DNA of 64,000 nt from Diadema antillarum. Taxonomy: Eukaryota. Under the pieces are notes generated by a model. That model was not told where the DNA came from. It searched no databases and worked only from the letters and a program-made list of their open reading frames with translations. The position numbers were made by a program, and so were the translations under genes. This document shows positions 1 to 13,038 of this stretch, piece after piece; the stretch's first letter is position 1, and every line of letters begins with the position of its first letter. The stretch is taken from NCBI RefSeq assembly GCF_040938485.1, contig NW_027270906.1, forward strand, positions 3,720,001 to 3,784,000, read 5' to 3'.

Positions 1-534
1 GCTAATTGCAGCAGTTTGGACTTTCTAAAAGGTGTTCAATTTGGCCCACCAGTACAACCTTGTTCTTCATTATCGCGCATGTGTTCTCCACAACAATCTG
101 AAAGGGCTTTCCTTTGCTTCAAAGCATGCGTCTGGCACCTCATGAATGGGAATCAACATTTTGTTCATGTCTGCCATTTGCCTCTCTCTGAATAAGACTG
201 GTGCTCGCCTTCAGCACTTGAGTGAACAACACAAGACTTCATTCAACATTTACAGACAAAAACACAGGAGTCTGAGCTTTAGTTTCACACCTGCTATTCC
301 GGCATCAATGTCGCCTTTGGGCAAACTCTATTGAGAACTAGAAAGGCTTGCAAGAAAAAAGAAAAGCTCATCCCTTTCCTCCCACGTTAAGTATGACAAA
401 TGAGTAGTCGTTGGCCTCTTGAAAATCAATTGGTAGGGACTAGTTCTGGGAGGTAATGGATTCTTGGAAATAAAGCGAAAGGTCACCAGAGGTCAACGAG
501 TGCTGAATTGCAGTCAGCTCTGGGCAGCCGTCAC

Positions 535-1830
535 TAAAGTTTGGAATAGAGATACAAGCAGGAAAATTCTCAGAATTGGGGTTGGGTCATGCAATTTACA
601 TTGATTTCCCCCTTTAAGACATATCTGGTCCCTTGTGACAGCTTGGTGTCCATCTTTTATGATGGACCATGGAATGGGAACAGTGTCACACTTGAGCTTC
701 ATGCTTGACCGGCGTTCCCACACCACAACTTTCATTGGATATCACAGGAAAGTGGCATTAATTGAGAATACAAGTAGATTCAACATGTCTGTCATTAGCA
801 CACCATGGATTTGTGTGCTCCATGGATGGAATGTCTGACTGCAGGTTTATTCAGACGCATGCCTTGCCATATCTTCAATGACCAATTCGTTACACGCCCA
901 CACAGCCTGCCGATATGACGATCATGATTACGTAATCATTGTAACAACAGCTGGTAGGAATGGCCAGGAGAGTTTGGTAATTAGAACTACAGCATCTTTT
1001 GGACTTTTCAATCAATATCAGAACAAGTAAGCCCATTTCAGTTAGGAGCATACTCTCCAATTTCTTTTCTAAAATCACCTGGCAATGACAATCAATATAA
1101 GAATATTAAATTTCTGAACAGACAATCTTATTGTTTCCGTGATGAGGGATAGGATGAAATGTACCAGGTACTTGTTATGATGCCCGTCTAGAATCTTGTC
1201 AAGATGATGTTCCTATCTACCGGTATTGGCAAAACTTCTTTGCCCACAAGTAGCAACTGGTATCAATGTGTTACATTCTGGTCACTTAACTTAGGGGAAC
1301 TAACATTTAATTGGAGATGAGATCACAATAAAAGTGGTATACATATACCAGCTGAATCACCGTTTAGATGTAGGGAACTAGCTCATGAGTGACAGTGGAT
1401 GAATGTTCTGCCTTCAAAAATGGATAAACTCGACCGACACCACACTCCTCCAAAACTTTTTAGCTGACTCTTGTGCATTGCCATGATCACAAATGCCCCT
1501 TTCCAAGATGTGCAGAAGTGGAAACCGGCTTGAAACAAGTAGGCAGCAGAACACGGAGAACAATGTGTGGGACTAAAGTCACTCGACAGGTGGACGACAG
1601 TTGGCATCGTTGCCTACAGATCACTAAAATTCAAACAGAAGACAATAAGATTTCACAGTGGAAACGGAAAACATTCACAGGGCATCACAATCACAACCCA
1701 TGTTGCTGGTTTGTGTGGTACAACACTGACCAGTATGTACATTTGATGGAGAGTGGTCATCTCCTTTAGCCAACTCGGTCTTGGTGTATCATGCATGTCC
1801 CTCATGACCTCTCCTGAACCACCTGAGCCA
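535..1830 (+). mobile_element. Highly decayed DIRS1-like (tyrosine-recombinase retrotransposon) reverse transcriptase/RNase H relic
   Basis: Hand translation across stops and frameshifts gives motifs in the order expected for DIRS pol: YHRK (~738-750), STPWI (797-811; cf. SAPWVF), DMTIM and QHLLDFSIN (~912-1016; cf. DDMLIM..QHLGFxIN), ITNAP (1486-1500; cf. TDAS), NV-xLK (1562-1580; cf. INxLELKA), DDS-AVAY (1593-1617; cf. DNTTAVAY), GITITTHVAG (1681-1710; cf. ITLTAEHLPG). Match is by eye, not by HMM. Confidence 0.5.
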
Positions 1831-3662
1831 ACTTGGACGACTGGACAATCACCATCTTACACAATAAAACTCTCCTTCCTCTCTTAACTCTGGCTACTGT
1901 AACATACACCCCTTAAAATGGGGGAAAATGTCATTTTTTTTTTCTTCAAAACATTACAAAATATCTCATTTGAATTCACAATCACATGCATTTCTTGAAT
2001 GCATTCAACTGCACTTGTTTTTCTTTTTAAATATACACTGTATGTGTATTTTCCACAATTGACCATATATACATTTGTGTGTTCAATACATGATACCAAA
2101 ATAGCTTCAAACCTTAGATTTACTAAAAACAACATGTAGCAAATGTGATGTAAAACAGCTTCTTTCTGGTGTGTGTATATTCCATCTTGATGACAAAACT
2201 GTGTTATCATTTACTTGACCAATACTAATATTGACTAGGTATGATCTCCAATTATTGTATAAAAGGTCTATCAGTGTGACAAGTTCAATTAAGTTTGTAC
2301 AGAGGTGGTAGCCATGGCCAACCAAATGTGAAAAAACCCATCTTTTGATGGTCATTTCTTTCTAAAATTGACATGGCTATCAAACATGAACATGAAAGAA
2401 TCACCGAGTTGAGTCTGTATGTGTGATGTCCCTTTAAAAAACTCTTCATAAGAAACTCACCAACCAAACAGGTGTTCAAAATTGGATGATTGTATAACAT
2501 GGATGGTAGCACTTCGATGCATATACAGATGAACAAATATATTTTTGGTATTACAAAATTGACTATAAAACTGTTCAAAGATTATCAGTATGTGAAGTGA
2601 ATGGCAAAATGAGCTGTAATTGGAACATTTTCTCTAAATGTTTTTGTCTCCTTTTTCACATTGTGCGCACAATTGATTGAGGAGCGTGTTTAGAAAATCG
2701 AGTCCTACTGCAAATGCAAGGGAACCATCTGTTGTTGGCCCATTCATTTAATGGGAAACATCTTAATAATGTAGTGTTGCTACTGTGATTTTTTTTTACA
2801 ACCAATATACAGCAAAATATGTCTAATGATGATTTTTAGCACTTTTAAGAGTCAAAAAGAAGTTTAGACAGATGACTATACTAGTCAGTCTAATGGACGG
2901 CTTAAGGGTTTTGACTCTACAGTTCATCATTATCCAAAAAAAAAGACAAATTCAAGCCTCTCAATATGGGGAAAATGCATATAATTATGTGTAGGATACT
3001 CTGCAATAATCAACAAAACTACACAAGGTTAGATCAAATAAATTTTCCCTCCCATCGCCGGATGTGTTCAGAAGATGTAATGTAATACCAATGCGGTGAA
3101 CTCCAAAGATGGACGATGCGTTCAGTGCATTTCGACCCTTCCCTTGACCTTTGAGCCAAGGTGACTCATATCAATCTTTGCTACCAAGAGATGGAAAACT
3201 TGTTTGTACAAGTTAGAACAAATAAAGATATTCTTTATCCTTTCTCAACTATGATACGTTGACTACCCCTTGCATTGGGGTATTCATGCTATTATGTCTC
3301 ATCTCTTTCCCAAATATTTGCTACATGATTTAAAAAAAAAAAAAAGAGTACTGGGCTAATAAATGAATTGATGACATACATTAAATTCTTTCCTAATTTC
3401 AATCTTAAATTCATCAAATTTGGATTGTCACCCATTCATCAAGGATACACTCAATCCACTGATTGTGTGTGTTTGCAGTTCATATACTGACCTCAGCGAC
3501 AAACAATATCACAGTTGAATGGGTAAAATGTTTGCCCAAGTAAGAAAGCCAGTGGCTCACCACATCAAAAAGTGTCATTATTTAGGACATGTTATTGATG
3601 GTAATTATCTGAAACCAAATCAGTAATTCTTACTTGCTCAGAGTCAGTATCAAACAGTCAAT

Positions 3663-4118
3663 AGGCGTTTTCACATCAGCCCGATAAAAATCCAAGCTCG
3701 AGATATTTTTTGCAATCGCAAATTAGCACGCTATTTCATTTCCTATTCACATCAGCCCGAAGAGAATTAGCCCGAAATTTTTTCAAGCTAATTCGACAGC
3801 TGAGCATGCACAAACAGTGTCGGTATACCAGTAGAGCACGCGCTTTCGGGTCACACACGCTAGGCATCATGGGATGCATCGCGCTAATTTCTTGAGGCGA
3901 TTTCACATTATCAAATAGCGTGCTAGTTCGCAAATTATCCAGCTATTTCGGAAATTTCCCGAGTTGGACTCGACAAATTTTCTCGATCAGAGCGATAAAA
4001 TTAGCGTGCTAATTTGTATTCACATTATCAAATAGCAAGCTATTTCGTGATCAGGTTAATTTCCCAAGTCAGAAAATAGCGCGCTATTTCAAAACATCGG
4101 GCTGATGTGAAAACGTCT
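3663..4118. mobile_element. Non-autonomous TIR element (MITE) packed with palindromic motifs, possibly PIF/Harbinger-like
   Basis: Left TIR aggcgttttcacatcagcccgat and right TIR atcgggctgatgtgaaaacgtct (1 mismatch). Flanked by aat/aat (or ta/ta, depending on boundary). Internal aaa(t)tagcNNgcta(a/t)ttt palindromes. Confidence 0.8.
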
Positions 4119-7100
4119 AATGATGCCCCTTGCAGAACTATATGGGAAAATTAACAAAACTTTGGCATGAATGAAAAAAATTGTGATTAACTCTTTATGT
4201 GCCACATTTGCACACCCAACTTGGCCGAGGACTTGTCAAGTTCGCATCTTTTGCTCAAATGCACAACCGCAATATGCCCCTGCATACTGAAAGCGTCACA
4301 GCCATAGCTTTGTCATAATATTCATACCACAGTAAAGCTTGCAATTTTCTCCACACCTTTGCTGCACTGCATTTCCAGCATAAATGCTTTTATAAAAAGT
4401 TATATGGCTTTGAAAAAACTGAATGGTTTCCATAAACGCTCATGCGCTGCAGTCTCAAAATAATGCTGCATATAGGGGTTTATACTGTGGACACACAAAG
4501 AGTTAAGATGGTGGGGGGGGGGGGAGGGGAGAGGTAAGCTGCATTCCCAAAAAGCAGTGAATTGCGGCATTGGCTTTAACTTGTCTTCAAACTTGCCTAC
4601 AGGACACTCAAAGGCCACATACTCAATTGAGGCCAGGGCTACCACATGATTCAAGCCTGCACCAACACATACCTCAATAAGGGGTTGCCTGATTCATGCC
4701 GAATACCAAGTGTGGACGTTCGAAGGGAAACATTTACTTTCACTTTTCTTCTCTTCATCTACACGCTAGTATTACAAACACTTTCAACATGGCTTCAAAA
4801 AACTGTACAAATACAAAATTCACCTTGTGACACTATAAAATACAACATCTAATGTGATCATCAATGTTTGACCACCTCAGCACAATAATGTCATTTACAA
4901 CTCATAGAGGAATATATTGATATAATCATATAGTTATAGATATAGATATTTTTCATCAAAAATACATATCGAGTGAATGACGGAAAAGAAGGCAAAAGTG
5001 CCAGTCGCAAACGAACCTCAAAAACAGAAAATTCATACAACTCTGTTTAAAAATATGAAGTTTGGATCAAAATGATTCTGAACTTTGTACATGCATATTT
5101 ACATCATTGTAATCACCATCAACATCAACATCATCATCATCATCAGCTTCAACATAAACCTCTTATCAACACTTCTTGGTTGCTACAGAAGACGGGGAGA
5201 TTAGATCCAGCTAACCTCCGTCACCTTCAAAAGAAAATAAAAATTCAATTATGACAAAGTAGCTTGCATGACCATGTTAAACAGCTTGATGCTGTAAAAA
5301 TTCTACAAGCAAAACATTTGAACTCAAGTAGTACTTTCTGCTTTTGGAACATAAATGAAGAAAAAAAAAAGTTTTTTTTTCCCCTCAGCTTTCTACTCTA
5401 TGTTGAGTTTGCTTGATGCCTGTTTATGCAGTGCCGGCTTGATTATAATTGCCCCGAACAATGAGGAAGGCTGTCATTCAAATAAAGCGCCCTCACATGC
5501 CATTTGGAGTCACTTATAACTTCACACCATCTCTCGGCAGGCATTGACCGAGCACTGTAGCAACTACGCTGACGACATTTCTGGAAGGGTGTAAGCACTC
5601 TATATCAAATCTAATCAAATACAAAGACCTGGACTGGTCAATACTTCATTCAAAAATAGATGCTTAGAAGTTTTTAACTTTGCAACACTATCATACATCA
5701 TCATTTGCGCAGCAAAAGCTTGTCAACCAATATGTAGTACTTCAAAAATATAATGGACCAAATAAGCAGATTCCACGGGTATTTCTGAGGTAATTTTCCT
5801 TTGTGGTCTTGCACAAGAGTAGTTCATTATTTGACAGCATCGACAATAAAAAGAGCCGTCAATGAATGAACTTTCTTTGAGCAATTACACCAATGTGAAA
5901 ATCACCGTAATACATCTTAGCGGAACTACTAGTATGTGTCAGGCCTTGGCCATTCCATGCTAGATGCATATGGAACATACAAAGTTGACCATTGATTCAA
6001 ATCATAAATCAAATACTGCACAAAACAATAATTTTTTTTCATTCTAAGGGCTAAAATCCTCTTATCTACAGTTATCAAAACACTGGATGTCTGGGTTGTT
6101 ACACATATATGTACTACTGCACTCAGCTTCAATAATTTCTGTACACATATCACTCACTTCTACCACATGGTTATCAATAGGCTGGTTGCACACACAAGTG
6201 TATCGTGTGACAGGTTACTTCAGGGATCACAGAGAAGTTTGGAGATGGGGAGACATAGGGCAAATTTGAAATAAGACAAAAATGTGAACCATGCCCAATC
6301 TGTAGTGTGCCATTATTAGACAAAGTGTACCTGTGCCCAACAGATATCGGTACAATGACAGAAAGTACACCCCTGATGAACAGCCACATTCCTACTCCCA
6401 TACTCAGCTAGGAGCAAATTTGGTTTGTGTTTTGTTGAGCATTCTCATGTATGCTCACCACATTATGAACATAGCCCCAGGAGAAGCTATTCTTGTTAAG
6501 CTCTCCTCCCTAAACCCTCCCCTGTTCACCGACACCCCCCCCCCCTCCAAAAAATAGATAAACATATAAATAAAAATAAAAATAGACCTACAGGATTGTG
6601 TAGGTAATTCTGTGCATTCCAGTGTGCATTTACTGCCTCTGGATAGTCAAAAGAAAATACAATAAATACAATCTTATCAAGACTTTGGTAATGTTTTTAA
6701 AATGCTTCTTACAGAAAATAATCTGAAGGAAGAATTTCTGCTGCAAAAAAATTCAAACAGGAATCGTACAGATGTCTCCTTTACTATTTCCAGTGACAAA
6801 ATATCCACAATTACATTACTTCATAAATGAAACTAGCATTTACTCATCAACACACACTCATGCCATCCCAAGTAGGTAATCTACACATTGAAATAGACCA
6901 GGCATACGATATTCACAGCTACAAATGTCTGAAATTACACGTGGCATCACATTTCCACCATGAACGGCACGCAATGCTGCAAGCCCTGTTGTACTACACT
7001 GATTTCCAAGAAAACGTATCGGTCAAGCACAAAGTCGCAGCATTTACATTACAGCAGCATTCGGCCTGGTGGGTTGTTTCAATTTTACTGTCGAAAAGTT

Positions 7101-8240
7101 TGCGCGAGATGTCTCTGCATTTGATGACAGGTTTCCTGCTCTCAAGTTATACCAAATGGCACAATATCTTAATCGCAAACAGGAATCAGAGAGCATACAT
7201 CAAAGTTCTTTTTCTTTCTTTTGTGTGGCTTTGCTTGTTCTGCAGCTAAGCATCAGTTGGTTTATTGGTATCAGTAGCAGGTGTGTGTATTCTCTTCTGG
7301 TGAAATAAGTTAAGATATTGCAGCATCCTAACAGTTTGTCGACAAAAACAGACAAATCTGATTTTACATGATTTGGGGATATATGTAAAATGCAACTCAG
7401 CACAGAAATATCTTATTGGTGTAGTTTTTACATCTCATATCAGCTGCACTTTTTTTTTTTCACAGGCACACTCAAAATCTCTATCCTACAAACTATGTCA
7501 ATACCTTTAATAACTTCTCATAACTTTTCTGCAAAGCTTAGAAGCTGTCTGTCTGTACTATGTATTATCCACAAAACATACAAATTAAAAAATGGACTTC
7601 TATCAGTGCTTAAGAATTGATAATGATAAAAACTGCATGTTAAAAATTGAACACAAAAGTACCTTCACATATTTTCCAACCATGCTTTGATAACTTCACA
7701 AGTTCAAAATCACAGTGCACATACTAGTCCATACTAGCATTGCACATTACAAAAAATTTGCTTTAACACTGAAAATAAGAATTGCACCTTGTATAATAGA
7801 TAAAATTTTTGCTGGCGTGAACACCAATGGGACATATACATCAATACAATATACACACTTTCTTACAGTGACATCAAGTCTAGGTTTAAGCACTATTCTT
7901 GTGAACAAAGATGACAACACATAGTACAAACTATCCATACGCCCTGCTTAATTGTGCAAGCTTCTATTCTGCTTGTATACATGGCGATCATGCTCTTTCA
8001 AACATGAATTAAGGCCAAAGCCTGTCATCACAGTTAAGTAGCAGTTCATACAACCCTTTCCTCTGAGGACCAAACAACCTGACTTCATCAGAACAGCGTT
8101 TAAAGAGCTGTTCCAGTAATCATTCATACTGCATGTACAATAACGCTTCAAACCATCTGAGCAGAAAGAAGGCAAACTCGCCTGCCAATCCAAGCAGGAA
8201 ATCTTCCTTTGAAAACACTCTCCAACCATCAATGAACTCT

Positions 8241-10475
8241 TCAGCCATTAGACAGCTGTGGCGTCAGCTGTGGGCTACTGGATGTCTCATCCAGAGAGGC
8301 CCCTACACCAGATGATGATGACGAAGAAGCATTGCCAATGTGGGTGTGGTGCAAGGAATGTTTGCGTCGCTTGTGCTCCTCCAGCTCGGAAGCAGTCTTG
8401 AACCGCCGCTTCTTACACAGCTCGCACTTGTACGCCTTCCAGCCAGTCAGCGAGAAGTAGTCAAAACTGCCATCGGCGTTGTAGCTGCTCTTGATGCGTT
8501 CCTCCTCGTCGCGGTCGAGCTTCCGCTTCCTCTCGGGAATCTCCCGATAGATGTTGAAAGTGGACTTCCGGCTGCGCTTCTTCAAGTCCGTGTCCTTGCC
8601 ACTCTGCTCCTCCTGTGAGGTATTGTTCCCTGATGACTGGTCACTCCATGCCACAGCAGCTCTCTCTCCAGAGTAGAGCCCAGAAGACCCGCTGATGGCT
8701 CGGTGCACTTGACGTGTGATATCTTCCACCTGCACCAGCTCCTGGCTGGACTCACTGCTTCCACCATGCTCCAGCATGGGTGGCCGCCTCCTCTCAAAGC
8801 TCCGCATCTCCCCACCACCCTGCATGGATGGAGATCTCTCTAGGTTGGAGTAGATGAAACTGTCCGGTTTTCGCCCAGGTCTGTGTGATGTGCTGGTGAT
8901 GCTGGGTGATGCTGACTTGTCATCAGCATTCTGCCTGATCAACATGTGATGTTGCAATCCCCTGTGGTAGTGGTGCCATGGAACTCCGTGATGTCCAACC
9001 ATGCCTACTCTACCAGCATCGGCAAACTGATTTTCACCTGGCCAACCTGGGGCAACTGCATCAGCAGAATTTTGGGTACTCAAGGCAGCTGGATTGTGCT
9101 TACGCTTCGGTCCCATATTACTGGGGTGTCTGAGGTAATTGTACAAAAATGAGTCCTCGGACATTTGGGTTGGCATGGGAACCTTGCCATGTTCAGAGTG
9201 GGGTCTCGACGGAACAGGAGGCTCACTCTGAACACTTGCTTGTGATTGGTACGGGGGGAAACTTCTCCAAATTTTAGTAGGGTCATTGTCAACTGCAAAA
9301 GGTGGATAAACAAGACTAGGATACCTTGGCCAGAAGGAAGAGGCCATCCGTGTATGTTCACGGGGACGGTATGTCATTGGGGGATGTGATGGCTCTTTTT
9401 CTTGTGGAGTTTCTGAGGCTTGCTGATTTGACAAGTCCGTAGCAATGCTATTAGGGGGCAACCGCGCGTCTCCCTCTGTGAGACTGTAACTGCGTTGCCT
9501 GCTACTACGAGGGGCTGGCTGGCGAGTTGAGGTTTCATCAATGCTTCCAGTCTTCCTGAAGATGGTACCTTCAGAACATCTTCGCTCAGACTTCTTGGGC
9601 ACAGTCCGACTTACCAAATCATGCAGCATGCTCTTCCTAGCCGATTCACCATTATTGTTGTCCACTGAAATTGGTGATAAGGCATCATGACTCTTGTTTT
9701 CCACAGTCTCTCCTTGTCTCTCAGCATGAGAAATGATCGGCTCTGAGCTCTGGCGTGGCAGTGCAGACTCCCGGCTGTATGGAAGAGACGAGTCAGTGAG
9801 GCTGGCTGAGCGAGTCATGTTTTGTGGTTCCTGGGGAGGTGACTTCTCACCACTAGGATCTGATGGCACTTCAGCATCCATATCCTCTATGGTTTCTTGT
9901 CGCCGCAAAAGTCCACGCAGGACAGATTCTGGTCTCCGTCCAGTCGCACCACCCCTACCTGCTGGTACAGGTGGGCTTTGCTTGGTCGCTTCTTCTGCTG
10001 CACTGTTCCGCTGTGAGGCATCTGTGTTTTGGGATGGGTGAACTGAGGGACTGTGGCGACTGGCTGACTCACTATTATTTCTTCCTTCTGCATCAATGTC
10101 AGTGGATTCCCCTGAGTAGGAAGCTTGTAGCAGTCTTCTACGCTTGGGGCACATAATCCGCACAGGGCTGACTGGTTCAACTTTGATGTAGTTCTCTTTA
10201 CCAACTTCTGGCAGCTTGGGCGTCTCTGCATTTGGCTGGTATGGGGACTCTTCAGAGGTTTGCCTTGAGGTCCGCTCCTGGGAGCTGTCCTGCTGGGTGA
10301 GGAGGATGGGATTAGGCTCAGCGATGGCTGACAGGTCCTGATCTGTGGTGGAGGGGTTGCAAGAGCTGCCTCTTGACAGCACCTGCTCCTGGCGACTCTC
10401 ACAAGCTGTAGGCGTTCCCCTCAGAAATTCCCCTTCTGCTGGAACACTGAGTGACGAAGCACTGTTGCCGCGTTC
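8241..10475 (-). CDS. C2H2 zinc-finger protein, last coding exon (744 aa + stop; long disordered region and C-terminal finger CELCKKRRFKTASELEEHKRRKH)
   Basis: The 713-aa ORF extends in frame to a phase-0 acceptor (ttgtctgtctattag|GAA at 10475). Stop TGA at 8243-8241. C-x2-C-x13-H-x4-H finger and basic NLS-like clusters. Confidence 0.9.
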   Translation of the reverse strand, partial: ERGNSASSLSVPAEGEFLRGTPTACESRQEQVLSRGSSCNPSTTDQDLSAIAEPNPILLTQQDSSQERTSRQTSEESPYQPNAETPKLPEVGKENYIKVEPVSPVRIMCPKRRRLLQASYSGESTDIDAEGRNNSESASRHSPSVHPSQNTDASQRNSAAEEATKQSPPVPAGRGGATGRRPESVLRGLLRRQETIEDMDAEVPSDPSGEKSPPQEPQNMTRSASLTDSSLPYSRESALPRQSSEPIISHAERQGETVENKSHDALSPISVDNNNGESARKSMLHDLVSRTVPKKSERRCSEGTIFRKTGSIDETSTRQPAPRSSRQRSYSLTEGDARLPPNSIATDLSNQQASETPQEKEPSHPPMTYRPREHTRMASSFWPRYPSLVYPPFAVDNDPTKIWRSFPPYQSQASVQSEPPVPSRPHSEHGKVPMPTQMSEDSFLYNYLRHPSNMGPKRKHNPAALSTQNSADAVAPGWPGENQFADAGRVGMVGHHGVPWHHYHRGLQHHMLIRQNADDKSASPSITSTSHRPGRKPDSFIYSNLERSPSMQGGGEMRSFERRRPPMLEHGGSSESSQELVQVEDITRQVHRAISGSSGLYSGERAAVAWSDQSSGNNTSQEEQSGKDTDLKKRSRKSTFNIYREIPERKRKLDRDEEERIKSSYNADGSFDYFSLTGWKAYKCELCKKRRFKTASELEEHKRRKHSLHHTHIGNASSSSSSGVGASLDETSSSPQLTPQLSNG

Positions 10476-10878
10476 CTAATAGACAGACAAGATAAACCTT
10501 GAATCAGTGATGACTGAAAGTTATAGGTGGAAAGTTTACAACCTTCTTTTCTACAACCTCTCAATACTATCAGAGTCTTATGTATGAGGAATGATAAGTT
10601 CCTTGGGGATTTCAACTTTGTCTTTGAACACTGAGAAGTTTGGGCAAGTCAAAGGCTGACAAATTGTTACCAAATAGAGAGTCATTTACTTCTGCTTCTG
10701 CAATCATAAATAAGATCCTCAAAAATTCTGGTTTAATACTGCCAATTATTTGAACAAAGACGGAAGCAAGTATGAGAAGGGACACTTCAAGAGTAGAGAA
10801 AGCTTGTTAAAGTGAAATGTAGAACTTTGCGAATTCATGCCATTTAACAAAAAGTCAAAGTGCTGACAGAAATCTCAC

Positions 10879-11250
10879 CATTTGCCCTCCATCTGGTAAG
10901 TTGGCCAGATTGCCTGTGCTGGATGTGACCCGCCCATTGTGGGGTTCATTCTCTGTCTGCTCTTCAGTACTCTGCCTTGACAGCTGTTCGTCATCCTCTG
11001 AGGAGCGGCCGACTCCCACGTGCCAAGTTGGTGGTGAGTTGGCATAGGGTCCGGTCTCGCCAAAGCACACTGCAATGCTGCGGGTGCCGTGGGCGGAGTC
11101 CAGGTGGCTGTTGAGCTGGGACCGGTCCTCAAAGACAAACAGGCACTGCTTGCAGAGAAAGCAGCGGCGAGGGAAGTGCACTTCAGACATGTGGCTGGCA
11201 ATGACATGCTCAAGGGGACTGCAGAAGGAACAGATACGGCACTTGAAGAC
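10879..11250 (-). CDS. C2H2 zinc-finger protein, coding exon 2 (124 aa; fingers CRICSFCSPLEHVIASHMSEVH and CKQCLFVFEDRSQLNSHLDSAH)
   Basis: Acceptor ttgctcctgcag|GTC, donor ATG|gtgaga. 372 nt, phase 0 at both ends, joins both neighbouring exons in frame. Two C-x2-C-x12-H-x4-H motifs. Confidence 0.9.
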
Positions 11251-11318
11251 CTGCAGGAGCAACAGAATTGTAAACAGGTGTCACTTTCAGTCAACCAACC
11301 AGAGGATGAGGTACAACT

Positions 11319-11613
11319 GTGAGATCCCCTGGGTACACCATAAAATATCCACTGGATACACAAGATATACCCTGGGTACAGCTTGAGATCCCCTTTGTAC
11401 ACCAGGAGATATCCCCTGGATATACCATGAGATCCCCAGCGTACAAGAGGTCCCCTAGGATATACCATGAAATATCTCCTGGGTACACCGTAAGATCCCC
11501 TGGGTACACCATGAGATTCCCTGGGTACACCATGAGATCCCCTGGGTACACCATGAGATCCCCTAGGTACACCAAGAGATTCCCTGGGTACACCATGAGA
11601 TCCCATGGATACA
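11319..11613. repeat. Intronic minisatellite, ~21-bp unit gagatcccctgggtacaccat, about 13-14 copies
   Basis: Directly visible degenerate tandem array in intron 2 of the zinc-finger gene. Confidence 0.95.
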
Positions 11614-12280
11614 GAGTCAACAACAGGCCACCATGTCTGTGTGTTTGCCTGTAACCACTCAATCATTGTCCTCACTATGAAGCAGCATACACTACAGATC
11701 CTGTTCTCTATAGTCAAAATCATTACATTCAGTTTCACTAATACAGACACAGACGTTACATATAATAACATCTCATACTGCAAGAGTGGGGCAAAAATGG
11801 AGAATGCACATTGCTTCTTACAGCTATGAGACATGAGGAAAGTGTACACAAAAGTTTGAGCACGTGGTTACGCTACCAACAAAACTTCAGCGTAGTTTGA
11901 GCGATGCAAGACTAACCAAAGTTTTGGTCTCTTTGAATATAAAAACGCATTTCTGTGTACGATAACAGTGTCCATGCAGGAAGTTTCGCAGGAAGTTTTA
12001 CTGGTAACTTCTCGAGAAGTTTGCGGTCACACTGCCCAAACTACGAGGAGCAAAAGACCGGGTAGTGAAACTATGTGTACTTTCGTGTAGGGTGACCATG
12101 GCTATTGTTACACATACAGTCAAACCTGTCTTAATGGTCACTTGTTTCATGCAACCACTATAAACTCTACCTTGCAGGGCTGCAGCTACATGCTTTTTAT
12201 CTCCTGGACAATACTTTACACTGTACAGCTGCTACAGGTTTCACATTGAGCTCTATTTGTTGGCTTCCTCTTGGTCACTA

Positions 12281-12507
12281 TTGTATATAAAGCTGCTGTT
12301 TTCACTTGGGTATTATTTTTGTGAATTTTGCAAATTAATGTTGGACCGCAAATTTATCAACACAAGAAAATATTGCCATGCCCTAGGGTAATAGTGCACT
12401 TACAATAGCCTTGGTGGTGTCTATTCGTGAAAACAACATCTCACGAAAATGTCGGTGACCTCCTCATTCGCATAAATATCTGTACGCGAAAATAACAGTT
12501 TATACAG
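12281..12507. mobile_element. TA-flanked CTGT...ACAG MITE (decayed)
   Basis: Ends in aaataacagtttatacag|ta, with a degenerate left end ta|ttgtatataaagctgctgttttc. Same terminal style as the elements at 13611, 27001 and 59946. Confidence 0.5.
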
Positions 12508-13038
12508 TATGTTTTCTACAACAATTCCTGCATCTCACACAGTGGCTCTTCTTTCGGAACCATACCAAGAGAAAAGGGGGCTGTGACAACACTTCTTTTC
12601 GCACTCATTCACTTCTAAAACATGACGATTAATGACGTCTTGTGACCTTTTGCTTTCATATACAGGCAACTCCCCTTGTAACAAAATCCTTGGGACCGGC
12701 AGTTCTCTGTCGTTACATCAAAATTTTGTTATAGCCAAACAGCAGATTTTAAAATAAAATATGTAGATGGTAATTTGGGGATCTGAATTTTTACTTGTTG
12801 TAATGGAACTCTGTCATTCACTGTATGTCTGGGAATTACATGCATGATAACAGCTATAGATTATGTGATATCAAATTGGTTGCCAACCAGTACATAGTGT
12901 CCACATATGTGTACAAGTTGTCTTTTGTATGTATTTCCCATATGCAGTTGCAATACATTTAGGTTTGACAGTATTCTTTTTTTCTGTACACAAATTTCAG
13001 TGCCTTAAATGGTCTTCATGTCACTAAGAAACATGTAC

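Noticed and set aside
1900-2912. Possible piggyBac-like element ending in ggcttaagggtt
   Set aside because: No matching left TIR or TTAA duplication found.
7261-7266. Candidate polyadenylation signal for the zinc-finger gene (AATAAA on the minus strand)
   Set aside because: A single hexamer in AT-rich DNA about 1 kb past the stop codon cannot be distinguished from chance.
9887-10402. 171-aa alternative-frame ORF and several antisense ORFs inside the large zinc-finger exon
   Set aside because: Expected shadows of a GC-richer coding exon, with no independent start or splice support.
11319-11613. CRISPR-like appearance of this array, the 26.5-kb array and the AAGCAATTGCTT arrays
   Set aside because: No unique spacers of constant length, no cas genes, and a eukaryotic intron context.
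10875-11849. 324-aa minus-strand ORF
   Set aside because: Runs through the 21-bp minisatellite and reads the zinc-finger exon in the wrong frame. The spliced model with intact C2H2 motifs explains the region better.
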